NCBI RefSeq assembly: GCF_963676685.1
Contig: NC_092346.1
Location: 82,150,001 to 82,214,000 of the forward strand
Direction: 5' to 3'
Source: Mytilus edulis
Taxonomy: Eukaryota
DNA length: 64,000 nt
Shown in pieces: positions 40,582 to 54,827 of this stretch. The stretch's first letter is position 1. The number at the start of each line of letters is the position of its first letter. The translations under genes and the position numbers were made by a program. Under the pieces are notes generated by a model that saw nothing but the letters and a program-made list of their open reading frames with translations, was not told where the DNA came from and did not search any database.

Positions 40582-43500
40582 TAGTCGGACTATGTGCTCT
40601 ACGTCGTCGTGCCTTTATATATTTTCAAAATGCAAAATTTAGCAACCTGACATCTATGCGCACTAAATTGGTATATATACTAACACCAGATACATGATGT
40701 TAAGTTGAAACTAAAAAATAAATATAGCTCTAAGAAATAAGTTTTAAAGACCCTTACATTAGCTACTAGTATATACGAAATGAGAGACAGGCGGTCAAAT
40801 GGGAACGGGTAAAAAGAGTATGCTTCCGGCATATTGTTGTCGGACCGAAATAAATATCAAGCGTATAAATATGGTAATGTTCTATTTACAAGGCATATGT
40901 TTGAATACGCAGTTCATAGTGGAATGTATAATTGTGAAATCTCAAAAAAGTATATCAATTCCAACTCAAACGACAAAAAACACCAAGACATTAAAAAACC
41001 CGTATTTTCCATTTTTTTAAAATATCAATTCCTAATGAAAAAAGATATCATCAACACATTCAATTACCTACATTTTTACTATTTCGTGTATAAATGTTTT
41101 TAGAAATTGGACAAGATTAAATAAAATGAAAGATGGTAGAGTAAATAAAAAAGTGTTTATATGGGGAAACACATGTAAAAAAGTGTTTATATGGAGAAAC
41201 ACATGTAAAAAAGTGTTTATATGGGGAAACGCATGTTTTTTTTTTGTTTTTTTTTCCCATCGCATGCGGTAGCCCCGCTATCAGGTCGACCACGTACCTT
41301 CTCAGCCGCGGGTAAGCCATTTATATGGATAGTCGACCTTCGTATGGATAGAAACAAGTGCCTGTGATCTGTAAATACAAAATGTTAAACCAAATTAATG
41401 AATGTCAAATAAATACTACTACTGTAACAGTTCGCTGGCAACAGTTGTAAAAATCTCCATCCGTGCGGAACGCTGATCGATTAAATTCCTTTAGTTGTCT
41501 AAGTTGTCAAGTGATAAAGCAATACACATTCGCCTTCACAGGTTTGCTGACCGTGCATGATTCAGTTGACATTTGTAAATTGACTTTCACTAATATTATA
41601 TAACATCATATTTAGTATGACGTAGTATGAGCCTCCCGGTAGATGTGCGTATTATGAGAAATATAAATTTCAAATATACCTTTCAAATATCAGGGTTGCA
41701 CAGTCGTAAATTCGCTTTTATAATATACATTATAGCAGTTGGCAAGGAACTGTTCTAGGTCAGGTGTTATTTAATAAATGATATCATTGATATATTGGAT
41801 AATCGAGTGTTTGGCCAGTAGAAACATCCAAACGATCAGATGCGTAGTGTACAATAAAGAAGTATCATTTCCGTCATATAAAGAACAGAGAAGATTATGT
41901 TTTCAGTTGCATTGACATAGCACCAAAATATTTAAAAACTACCAATAAATATAAAAGTGACTTTCAAATTTCAACTTAAGTGTGAATGAATATAAATTCA
42001 TGTCTATCATAGTGTTAACGGGTGTCACATGTGAAGCTGGATCTGTTTACCTCTACAAGGTTATTGAGATAACCCCCAGTTTATTGGGTTGGGGTTTGTG
42101 TTGCTCAGCCTTTAGTTTATATGTTGGGTTTTGTGTGCTATAGTTTGTCTTGTAAGTCTTTTGGTCTGTTTTGTTCTTTTTTTGTTTGTTTTTTAGTCAT
42201 GGCGTTGTCGGTTTAATTTTTGACTTCTAAGTTTGAATGTCCCTTTTGGTATCTTTCGCCTCTCTTTAAATGTTTTCAACTAAAGTAAAACAGGATGTTG
42301 AATGAGTGACACTATTTTCAATTGTAATATTATGAAATAAAATTCACAGTTACTTGTAGAGAAAATTGAGAGAAGAATTAAGCGGCATGATATTAAAATC
42401 AGTGCGGACAATTTGATTTTGAAAACTCTAGGACCTGACTACGACATACTTGGTGAGGGCACCATTGTGCAAATCTTCTATCCATGTAAGCTAATAATTT
42501 TCCGTTATTTGTTTAACGTCAATTCGTATTTAATGATTTCAAATTCTAGATGTATTGCTTTTCGAACGTTAATACCAAACAGCATACTACAGTATGTAAT
42601 CGGATGAGATAGACTTTGTACAGTGAGTGATTTTGTTAATTTTTTACATAAAAATAAAGTAAATTAAAGTTTTTATTCTGGTTCATGGGTTTCCTTATCA
42701 GTTGTTGTCCATACACCATTATCGTCAGGGGCGGATCCAGGATTTTGCAAAGGTGGTGCGATTTTTTTTTTAATTCCCCGAGCGGAGCGAGGCGAAAAAG
42801 TTTTGGGACCATTTTTTGGCTAAAAAACATAAAATAAGTGTAAAATGCACGTTTTAAACGGTTCGTGACGTGGGGCATGTATATTTTATAGTTGCTGTTA
42901 AGTGTAAGGGTTAGACATTTTTGATGTTGTATTCTCCCCATAAATTGTCTATCATAAAATGATAGTATGGGTCAAAAGCTATGAACTGATATATTTCATG
43001 TGGGACTTGTCAGTAAAAAATAGACATGGAAAATTCTCGCTTGTTGTATGTTAAGTTAGCATAAATTCACAGATTTCCTGTTGTAAACAAGATACACGCC
43101 GCGCTATTCGGTGAATTTTACAACACGAGTGACACGAGTTAAAAAAGATAAACAATATAAAAAAGAAGATGTGGTGTGATTGCCAATGAGACAACTATCC
43201 ACAAAAGATCAAAATGACACAGACATTAACAAGTATAGGTCACCGTACGGCCTTCAACAATGAGCAAAGCCCATACCGCATAGTCAGCTATAATAGGCCC
43301 CGATAAGACAATGTAAAAGCAATTTTTATACAAATGTTTGGTTGATATGTTTTACCCAACAAAATTGTAAATTAACCATAGGCTACGAATGAGTCTGAAA
43401 TGACAACGAATTTATGAATGACGGTCGACAAATGGAGACATAAATCCCACACCCAGCAGGCAGGTTGCAGTCTGATCTTGATAACAGTATTCAATATATC

Positions 43501-46500
43501 AGTTCATGCAAACCCCCGTCCTAAAAAAAATACGCCCGTTTTTTTATTCATTATATTCATTTAATGCTTTATTATTCTGTTGGAAATTTTCGTTCAAAAA
43601 ATGGACAAGATTATTGTTTTCAATCCAAATACGGCCAGAATTTTTGTTTAAGGCAAAAAGTAGAGTAAGATTTGTTCTCTCAAATATCTCAGACTGCCTC
43701 CTCAAACAAATGGTTCGTACCTTGCACTTTAAATCTATCCAGAGCTTATACTGACTGGGGATAATTATTCAGTTATGTTATTTTAAGATAGGCGCGGGCG
43801 TTTGGGGTTAAACATAATTTCGTAGGTAAATAATATTAATGTGGAACTTTTTTTCATGAGAGTATAATAGAGTATAACTTTATGTTTGGTTGAATTGTGA
43901 AATAGAAGTCAATACGTTCTTGCTCACTCCTTTGTCGCCTTGAAGGTGTCATGATTTTTCATGCTCAGAATTGCAAATGTGTTCCTGTAAATTGAATTTC
44001 AAAATGACTGAGGGACGTTTTTTCGACGAACTGGTCAACTCAACCATACCGAATCACTCTACTGTGATGCGACTGTCATATAAGTGAGAGGTTTAGCGCT
44101 ATAAAACCAGGTCAAACCATCATTTTCTACATTTGAAAATGCCTGTACCAAGTCAGGAATATGACAGTTGTTGTCCATTCGTTTGATGTGTTTTATCATT
44201 TGAATTTGCCATTTGATTAGGGACTTTCCGTTTTGAATTTTCCTCGGATTTCAGTATTTTGTAATTTTACTTTTGACATAATCAGTAAATAATCAGTAAA
44301 TACTGAAAAAAAAGAATTGTCTCATAAAAATTAAATACACGGGAAATGGCAAAGTTCACGAAGTCTAGTCTAATTCTTTTTTCGCCAGTATTTACTGATT
44401 ATTTACTGATTATGTCAAAAGTAAAATTACAAAATACTGAAATCCGAGGAAAATTCAAAACGGAAAGTCCCTAATCAAATGGCAAATTCAAATGATAAAA
44501 CACATCAAACGAATGGACAACAACTGTCATATTCCTGACTTGGTACAGGCATTTTCAAATGTAGAAAATGATGGTTTGACCTGGTTTTATAGCGCTAAAC
44601 CTCTCACTTATATGACAGTCGCATCACAGTAGAGTGATTCGGTATGGTTGAGTTGACCAGTTCGTCGAAAAAACGTCCCTCAGTCATTTTGAAATTCAAT
44701 TTACAGGAACACATTTGCAATTCTGAGCATGAAAAATCATGACACCTTCAAGGCGACAAAGGAGTGAGCAAGAACGTATTGACTTCTATTTCACAATTCA
44801 ACCAAACATAAAGTTATACTCTATTATACTCTCATGAAAAAAAGTTCCACATTAATATTATTTACCTACGAAATTATGTTTAACCCCAAACGCCCGCGCC
44901 TATCTTAAAATAACATAACTGAATAATTATCCCCAGTCAGTATAAGCTCTGGATAGATTTAAAGTGCAAGGTACGAACCATTTGTTTGAGGAGGCAGTCT
45001 GAGATATTTGAGAGAACAAATCTTACTCTACTTTTTGCCTTAAACAAAAATTCTGGCCGTATTTGGATTGAAAACAATAATCTTGTCCATTTTTTGAACG
45101 AAAATTTCCAACAGAATAATAAAGCATTAAATGAATATAATGAATAAAAAAACGGGCGTATTTTTTTTAGGACGGGGGTTTGCATGAACTGATATATTGA
45201 ATACTGTTATCAAGATCAGACTGCAACCTGCCTGCTGGGTGTGGGATTTATGTCTCCATTTGTCGACCGTCATTCATAAATTCGTTGTCATTTCAGACTC
45301 ATTCGTAGCCTATGGTTAATTTACAATTTTGTTGGGTAAAACATATCAACCAAACATTTGTATAAAAATTGCTTTTACATTGTCTTATCGGGGCCTATTA
45401 TAGCTGACTATGCGGTATGGGCTTTGCTCATTGTTGAAGGCCGTACGGTGACCTATACTTGTTAATGTCTGTGTCATTTTGATCTTTTGTGGATAGTTGT
45501 CTCATTGGCAATCACACCACATCTTCTTTTTTATATTGTTTATCTTTTTTAACTCGTGTCACTCGTGTTGTAAAATTCACCGAATAGCGCGGCGTGTATC
45601 TTGTTTACAACAGGAAATCTGTGAATTTATGCTAACTTAACATACAACAAGCGAGAATTTTCCATGTCTATTTTTTACTGACAAGTCCCACATGAAATAT
45701 ATCAGTTCATAGCTTTTGACCCATACTATCATTTTATGATAGACAATTTATGGGGAGAATACAACATCAAAAATGTCTAACCCTTACACTTAACAGCAAC
45801 TATAAAATATACATGCCCCACGTCACGAACCGTTTAAAACGTGCATTTTACACTTATTCTATGTTTTTTAGCCAAAAAATGGTCCCAAAACTTTTTCGCC
45901 TCGCTCCGCTCGGGGAATTAAAAAAAAAATCGCACCCCCTTTGCAAAATCCTGGATCCGCCCCTGACGATAATGGTGTATGGACAACAACTGATAAGGAA
46001 ACCCATGAACCAGAATAAAAACTTTAATTTACTTTATTTTTATGTAAAAAATTAACAAAATCACTCACTGTACAAAGTCTATCTCATCCGATTACATACT
46101 GTAGTATGCTGTTTGGTATTAACGTTCGAAAAGCAATACATCTAGAATTTGAAATCATTAAATACGAATTGACGTGAAACAAATAACGGAAAATTATTAG
46201 CTTACATGGATAGAAGATTTGCACAATGGTGCCCTCACCAAGTATGTCGTAGTCAGGTCCTAGAGTTTTCAAAATCAAATTGTCCGCACTGATTTTAATA
46301 TCATGCCGCTTAATTCTTCTCTCAATTTTCTCTACAAGTAACTGTGAATTTTATTTCATAATATTACAATTGAAAATAGTGTCACTCATTCAACATCCTG
46401 TTTTACTTTAGTTGAAAACATTTAAAGAGAGGCGAAAGATACCAAAAGGGACATTCAAACTTAGAAGTCAAAAATTAAACCGACAACGCCATGACTAAAA

Positions 46501-48469
46501 AACAAACAAAAAAAGAACAAAACAGACCAAAAGACTTACAAGACAAACTATAGCACACAAAACCCAACATATAAACTAAAGGCTGAGCAACACAAACCCC
46601 AACCCAATAAACTGGGGGTTATCTCAATAACCTTGTAGAGGTAAACAGATCCAGCTTCACATGTGACACCCGTTAACACTATGATAGACATGAATTTATA
46701 TTCATTCACACTTAAGTTGAAATTTGAAAGTCACTTTTATATTTATTGGTAGTTTTTAAATATTTTGGTGCTATGTCAATGCAACTGAAAACATAATCTT
46801 CTCTGTTCTTTATATGACGGAAATGATACTTCTTTATTGTACACTACGCATCTGATCGTTTGGATGTTTCTACTGGCCAAACACTCGATTATCCAATATA
46901 TCAATGATATCATTTATTAAATAACACCTGACCTAGAACAGTTCCTTGCCAACTGCTATAATGTATATTATAAAAGCGAATTTACGACTGTGCAACCCTG
47001 ATATTTGAAAGGTATATTTGAAATTTATATTTCTCATAATACGCACATCTACCGGGAGGCTCATACTACGTCATACTAAATATGATGTTATATAATATTA
47101 GTGAAAGTCAATTTACAAATGTCAACTGAATGATGCACGGTCAGCAAACCTGTGAAGGCGAATGTGTATTGCTTTATCACTTGACAACTTAGACAACTAA
47201 AGGCATTTAATCGATCAGCGTTCCGCACGGATGGAGATTTTTACAACTGTTGCCAGCGAACTGTAGTAGTATTTATTTAACATTCATTAATTTGGTTTAA
47301 CATTTTGTATTTACAGATACCTAATAAAAGTTATATTTGGACGACTCATTTTAAGAGAAAATGGCCCACAATTAAAACCACTCCTATTTAGTCTTTCTGG
47401 TTTGGTGACTTTATATCTTCACCCAGTTGGCGATAGCTGTTGTGTCCCATTTTTAATGCGACAGTACAGTTAAAACATACTCTATTTTCAATATCAATAT
47501 TTTCGTAACGGCCAGTTTCAATTCTGATGGGCGTTACATCACATGTAAATTTTGGTAAAGCACTCCTGTATCTATTCGGTATATTAAAAATCAGATAACT
47601 TTCTACACCATATACATCTTTGAACATTCCATATGTACGTAATTTATTTTTATCATTTGACATAATTTTGTCATACCATCCTTTAATTTTTTCTAAAAGA
47701 TACATTTTCTGTATTCTTTATCAAATCCTTGTTTAAATAGCACCATTACACAATTATTTCATATTAAGTTCTTTAAACTTATTTTTTACACTAGAATGCC
47801 AATATTTTTACTTTTTACATGTGTTTCCCCATATAAACACTTTTTTACATGTGTTTCCCCATATAAACACTTTTTTACATGTGTTTCCCCATATAAACAC
47901 TTTTTTATTTACTCTACCATCTTTCATTTTATTTAATCTTGTCCAATTTCTAAAAACATATATACACGAAATAGTAAAAATGTAGGTAATTGAATGTGTT
48001 GATGATATCTTTTTTCATTAGGAATTGATATTTAAAAAAAATGGAAAATAAGGGCTTTGTAATGTCTTGGTGTGTTTTGTCGTTTGAGTTGGAATTGAGG
48101 TACTTTTTTGAGATTTCACAATCATACATTCCACTATGAGCTGCTTATTCAAACATATGCCTTGTAAATAGAACATTACCATATTTATACGCTCAATATT
48201 TATTTCGGTCCGACAACAAAATGCCGGGAGCATACTCTTTTTACCCGTTCCCATTTGACCGCCTGTCTCTCACTTCGTATATACTAGTAGCTAATGTAAG
48301 GGTCTATACAACTTATTTCTTAGAGCTATATTTATTTTTTAGCTTCAACTTAACATCATGTATCTGGTCTTAGTATATATACCAATAGTGCGCATAGATG
48401 TCAGGTTTCTAAATTTTGCATTTTGAAAATGTAAAAAGGCACGACGACGTAGAGCACATAGTCCGACTA
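40582..48469. repeat. Large inverted repeat: inner arms 41367-44305 / 44386-47318, outer arms ~40582-41231 / ~47810-48469, 80-bp spacer
   Basis: Mirror ORF pairs have coordinates summing to 88691 (43506/45185, 42636/46055, 42413/46278). Arm ends were read directly as reverse complements. Confidence 0.97.
47440..47800 (-). mobile_element. LINE ORF2 C-terminal fragment (L2/CR1-like, clade uncertain)
   Basis: KLRTYGMFKDVYGVESYL...RSALPKF...IRIETGRYENIDIENRVCFNC, a typical post-RT region preceding the zinc knuckle; truncated. Confidence 0.8.
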
Positions 48470-51213
48470 CTCCTTCTACAGTGTACAATTTCAAGGTGGA
48501 ACTTTTATAATGCAACAAGTGGTTTACGTATAGAGAATGCATATATATGCACAGAAATGTTTAATTTCATAATTTTTCAAGAATGACAGAATGTGGAACT
48601 GTGTCTTTTCAAAAGTATTTTTGAATACAGTTTGCAAGTTTTGTCCGCAACTACGCACACAACCTCTACTTTTACATCATACAGAGTATATACTAATATA
48701 TTAAAAAATTGTATTATTGATATAATTTGTATTATTTTATCTATCACTTTTACAACTAACGGAATATATTTTTGATTAGTAACCTGTTTTATATGGCTGC
48801 ATTTAAAATGTGTCTTTTAGACACAACTCTTTGCAGATTGTATTGTATCGTCCTGAACATGCCACTGCACGTTTTGCAAACTCAATTATATCAATCAATT
48901 CAAATTGTACTTGAAAATCACGGTTTACTTAATCAATTTTTGAAGACAGGGGAAATGAAAACAAAATAACAAACAACATACAAACCATTTACATATTTTT
49001 TCAATACCTCCGAGTAAAAATAATGCACACTCAATACTGTATTCAGTAACGTCATATTTTTTCTGCCAAATTCTATGCATATCGGTCAACTTTGACGCAA
49101 TTTATCTAAAATACAAGGACGATGACATGTGTCTCTGTACATGCACGGAATCGCTATAAAATCCTGGAAATTGTTAGTTTTTAGACTTTCTTGGTGTATA
49201 AGAGATCGTTATGAATTAGTGTCGTTTTCGCTACTATGATGTGTATGGAATTTTATGGAATTGTCATACTAGTGAGCGGTTATGATAGCTTTAACAACAG
49301 GTTTAATCTACCATTTTCTTCATAAGAATTTGCCTGTACCAAGTCGTTTGATGTATATATGAGCTTTTGATTTCGCCATTTGACTTTTCGCTTTCAATTT
49401 TCCTTTGAGTTATGTATTTTTTGTTATTTTACGTTTTAATAGGACTTACTTGGATCTTTTTATTAACTAATTTAATAAAATAATTGTTTTCCAGCTAAGT
49501 TTTGTTAAATATTATATACATTTTTGACTCCCTCTTCTCCATCTTTCTCCTTTCTCCTGTCCCTTCTCTCCTTTCTCTCGCCCCTCTCTCCCTGTCTCCC
49601 TTTATCCTGTCCGCGCCCTCATATATCTAGCAATCAGGCATAAATGTGAAAAGCTGAATTAGTGCACCATGCCCACAGCATGATTCTATATAATTCTACG
49701 ACATATTTTAATCAAAGGGTATTATATTTATATTCAAAGAAAGACCGAAATTATCCGAAAAATGTTTTTTTTTTTTTTTTTTTATAATTTACATGTACCT
49801 TACTTGTCACCGTACTATCACACATCATTGGGATTCGAACAAAATATGTTTAAATGAATTCCGCATTAGATTTTAAAATGATAAATTTTGATTTGGAAAT
49901 CTACCATTGACGTCATACACGAACGATATCACTTCATTTAAACTAATACAATAAACATATACAGCAGTATTTGTTAAGATCATCATAACTTTAAGTTGAT
50001 GATACCCCTCCCCCCCCTTTTCTCTCTCTCCCCACCCCATACACACGAAAAAGATTTAATTGACACTATATCATTGATTAAAAATGTTTTATAATATGCA
50101 TATATTCCTATTTCTATATAATATGCCTGATAATTTGTTTACAAGCCATTTGCAGCACCTGAGACCATCCCTAGTTTTTGGTGGGGTTCGTGTTGCTTAT
50201 TCTTTGGTTTTCTATGTTGTGTCATGTGTACTATTGTTTGTCTGTTTGTCTTTTTCATTTTTAGCCATTACGTTGTCAGTTTATTTTCGATTTATGAGTT
50301 TGACTGTCCATCTGGTATCTTTTGTCCCTCTTTTTTTTTTGCTGAAGCAGTTTTTTCAGTATGTTATATTGTGACTCAGTTCATACGACGGATGCAGTTT
50401 ACATGTTACAATTATCTGTTTTAGTATATCTTTTTTTATTTTAATCTCATCATGCTTTATTGAAAATTTGAACATTTGTTAGTTAGATACAGAAAGTAAT
50501 GGTATCGTCAAACATTGGATTGCAGATTTAATAACACTGGTAACTAAGAAATTGTTAGTATTCTAAATTCTGAAATATACATTTTTATATTACCATATAT
50601 CCATTGTTTCAATATTATTGTTCAATAAAGAGAAAACTACGTTTTAGAGGGAAAGAAAAAACAAAAAAGAAAATACTAAATAAGTAAAAGAAAAAAGAAA
50701 AAAAAGCAAATTATATATAAAAAAAATACCAAAACTGAATTTTGGATTTTTGGCAGTAGTATATTGGTCAAAACTAAAATGTGTCTGAAAATACATCATT
50801 TAGCACATTTGAGAAAGGATGGTTTTCTGTTGTAATTTTTTTACAAGAATAAACAGATAGTAATACACATACATGTGGTTGTTAGCACAAACATTTAAAC
50901 AAACAAACATATTACACCATATTACAAATTACTATATAAAACATATATGGTGGTGAGGAGAAGACTAAACACTGTATCATTACGTAAGTTGTTTTATTAT
51001 AAATTATTCCAGTAAAGGAAGCCAGGGGTCCCAACAGAGATTGGCAATGTGAAGAGGCCTAATTAACAAAAATAAATTCTTTTCTAGTATTCGATTTTCT
51101 TTAAGGCAATTGTTGAGACCTGTAAAATTTACTTGTTTTTCATATAATTTTTTTCTATAAATTAAAAAAAAATCTGTTTTTCCTCAGTTTTCAAAATAAA
51201 TTATAAATAATTC

Positions 51214-51949
51214 AAAAATTGGTGACTTTGTTGAACGCATCTATCCCATCGAACTAGAGATAAAGGATTCTACAGATACAGTTAAGTCAGCCTCATATCT
51301 TGACTTACATTTAGAAATTGACAATGAGGGTCGATTGAAAACAAAACTTTACGACAAAAGAGATGATTTCAGCTGTCCAATTGTGAACTTTCCATTTCTA
51401 AGTAGCAACATTCCAGCAGCACCTGCATACGGGGTATATATCTCCCAATTGATACGATATTCCCGTGCTTGCATTTACTATCATGCTTTTCTTGATAGAG
51501 GGTTGCTGCTCACAAGGAAGCTATGAAACGAAGAGTTCCAAATGGTGAAGTTGAAATCATCCCTTTGTAAATTTTACGGACGCCATCACGAGTTGATTGA
51601 CCGTTATGGAATAACCGTTTCACAAATGATATCGGATATGTTCCTTACGTCGTAACTACAATCCCCTTCCCTTTCATGAATGTGACCTACCGAATTACAC
51701 TATTTACCGGATTTGTTATCACATAAGCAACACGACGGGTGCCATATGTGGAGCAGCATCTGCTTACCCTTCCGGAGCACCTGAGATCACCCCTAGTTTT
51801 TGGTGGGGTTCGTGTTGTTTATTCTTTAGTTTTCTATGTTGTGTCAATTGTGTGTCTGGTTTTTTTTTTCATTTTTAGCCATGGCGTTGTCAGTTTATTT
51901 TAGATTTATGAGTTTGACTGTCCCTTTGGTATCTTTCGTCCCTCTTTTA
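51214..51949 (+). mobile_element. Penelope-like retroelement fragment (RT C-terminal/thumb region plus 3' tail)
   Basis: SASYLDLHLEIDNEGRLKTKLYDKRDDFSCPIVNFPFLSSNIPAAPAYGVYISQLIRYSRAC. The tail (gagcacctgagatcacccc...gtatctttcg) recurs alone at about 50150-50335, 42015-42267, 46424-46676 and 10350-10590. Confidence 0.8.
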
Positions 51950-52116
51950 TATCCATGTGTAACCGGAATTATTAATTGTGTTTGGGTATAAATGCAGTCA
52001 CCGAGTCTTATCCCACTATGTACACAGCTATCATGGTTAATTTAGCTTAATCTTACTATGTACAAAGCCATCACAGCTTATATAATTATTAGTCATAAGA
52101 TGTATTAAAAAATGAA

Positions 52117-52274
52117 TCAACTAAAGTTTGGATTAGATTTCCCATTCAAATCGTATTTGCTTGCTCGCTTTCTCGATGAATCACTACAACTGTATACAAC
52201 AATACACAATTGTAGAAATATAACTCCACACAAGGTTCCAACTACAATCCAGAAATTCTGCTTAGTGTAAAAAT
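52117..52274 (-). CDS. Laccase-like gene, terminal exon: transmembrane helix plus cytoplasmic tail
   Basis: Acceptor tttttttgcag|AT completes G+AT=Asp, matching the phase-1 donor. Reads DFYTKQNFWIVVGTLCGVIFLQLCIVVYSCSDSSRKRASKYDLNGKSNPNFS*. Intervening small exons are not excluded. Confidence 0.8.
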
Positions 52275-53433
52275 CTGCAAAAAAATATACATGTATAATA
52301 GTAATGTCATGATAAAAAAAAAATACAGCACGAATTCTTTTCGGTTTTGTGTAAATAGGATGGAAATGTAACCAAAATATTTTAGTTTGTCTTGTCACAC
52401 GGATACTAGTTAATAATTTTCAAGATGTTGCTGGAGTTTTTAATTTTGAATTTAAGCATTTAACTTCCGTTGTATTTTCCTCTCGATTTTCCTGGCTTTG
52501 ATTCACATATAATGCTGGGAGGACTGGTCGAAGACATGTTTAAAATTTGCAAGAACTAAGCTTCATTACCAAAGGAAGCGATTATTATATCTTAAATAAA
52601 CTCATCATAGATACCAGGACTACATTTTGTATATACGCCAGACGCGCGTTTCGTCTACAAAAGAATCATTATCGCTCGAATCCAAAAAGTTAAAAAGGCC
52701 AAATAAAGTACAAAGTTGAAGAGCATTAAGGATCAAAGTAAATGTTCCTAAATAAAATTCGAATTCATAATTTTTTCAGCTTGCATTTTATTTGTTTGAC
52801 CATTTCAGCTTCTACTATTTTATGAAATCATTCACTAATTCTTTTTTCAAAATTATGTGCTATTTTGTGCTTTCAATCTACACAGATACTATTTCTGAAT
52901 ACTCTATCGTACTATTTTGTTAATTCTAACAAATGTTGCTGGCTGTTGTCTTAGTTACGTTTACGTCTCGGAGACAACACGTATAGTCGGAATCTTTTTT
53001 TTTGTATTGTGTTTATACATATTAGGCTCTTACTTGATAAAAAAAAATGTAGCATATGGGATATTGAAAAATAACAATTAAATATCAGTATAGGAAAATA
53101 CATTTCCGTTTGATTAAAATGACTGAAAAAATTACCCTACAAATTCCTTAAAACCCCTTTTTCTGCCTAATCCGAATAATGTCAGTCGTTATATTCCACC
53201 GATCTCCGACTAATCTCCGATTACTACATCAACTCTCGATAGGATCAAGACTGCTAGAGAGATCAGAATTATACGAGTTACCTTCTGCCAATCAAAACAA
53301 AGAAAACAACAACAAAGATAATCTTCAATTGATTTAAGTTTCCAACAAAATAATAAATATTTCAACCAAAAGATCATACTGACCATTGCACACTTGATTT
53401 ATGAACAGTTTTAATTATAAAAAGAAGATTTAA

Positions 53434-54040
53434 GGGCATACGATACAGTTACAGGGGAGGTAATGACGTTGCTAACGTAAAATGTTATTTTCGCGACGTC
53501 AAACTATGACATATCGGGAAAAAATGCATTTTCGACTGATTTTTATCGTTCAAACTGATTTAATTTGAAAACGAGTGCATGGACCCCTATTTTATAAAAC
53601 GACATTTTGTTTCATTTTGCAGGGAGATTATGTGGACCAAATTTTATAAAACTGTAAATAGTGCAATTATTTTTAATTTTGATAAATATATAGCAAAAAA
53701 ATACGTTTTTTTTCTCAATTCATGACCATATGATAAAGGTGACTTATTTTTGAATAAAAAATGCATAAATTTTTAGGATACTTATAAAACACAGTAATTA
53801 CAAATTATTTAACAAAAAACAATTTGTGTTTATCGTTTAAAACAAAAAAGTTATGAATTTCTTTCGAAAGGGAAAATACGGCCAGAAATCCGAATTTTTA
53901 GCAAATATACAAATTTTCGACCTCATTTAACTCAAAAAGTAGCACATGAAGGTATATTTTTTATTACATATTTGATTTAATCAGGCAAAAATTAGCCTAT
54001 GTAGAAATTTTCATCAAACTGTAAATACGGAATCAAAACT
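53434..54040. mobile_element. Probable truncated TTAA-targeting MITE in the laccase intron
   Basis: Begins ttaa|gggcatacgatacag; no matching right TIR seen. Confidence 0.35.
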
Positions 54041-54827
54041 TAGGTAAACGTCTGTAAGAAAACAATCGAACGGTAAAAAAACATACAACTATAGAGGTCA
54101 AAATACGTTCAACAGGGAAAGGACTTTACAATATGTCAAGGTCTGCATCGCTCTAAGTTTAGACAAGCTGTATAGAAATTTCACAGAGACTATCCAAAGT
54201 GTCCTAAAAGGATAAACCTAATAAAATGAACTAAAGAAAATCTCTAACTGAAGACAGCCACATGAGCTCTCGATCTGTGGACAAAAATGTTTAAACAAAT
54301 CTGTTTCATTCAAAGCACGTGACTACATTATAGAATTAAAATAGATAACTGTCGCTTTACATCATTCGATGTTAGATTGAGTGAGAGATTTGTTTTTCAA
54401 CATGCACTGTCAGCATTCTGTGATGATATGTTTTTTTGCTAAACTTCTGTGTTTTGTTGTCTAATAAGCGGGTACATGTATTGAGATCTCACAAACATGT
54501 TTAACTCCGCCGCATTTCTGCGCCTGTCCCAAGTCAGGATGAATGATTACAAGGCTAGATTAATCGCGTCACATGTTCTTTTAAGGTATTTTGGAAAAAT
54601 CAAAATTTGACAAAGTGCTATACATGGTCGTGATAAAATTGCTTAACCTGCTCTGTTTAAACTCTTTCGGTTTTATACTTAAAACACGTTTGTTATGAGT
54701 TTAAAACTTTCATTGGCATTATAGTAATGTCCATATCAGAATAGATTTATCTATTTCAAGTGTACTTTTGATAACAGATTGCTATTGAATCATTGAATTA
54801 TACACCGGTCCATGAATATGAACTTAC

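Noticed and set aside
42413-46278. Duplicated ORF pairs as conserved genes
   Set aside because: Their identity reflects the palindrome; they have no recognisable domains.
40582-48469. Palindrome as a Foldback transposon
   Set aside because: No TSD, no modular terminal repeats and no transposase; the arms are a mosaic of ordinary repeats.
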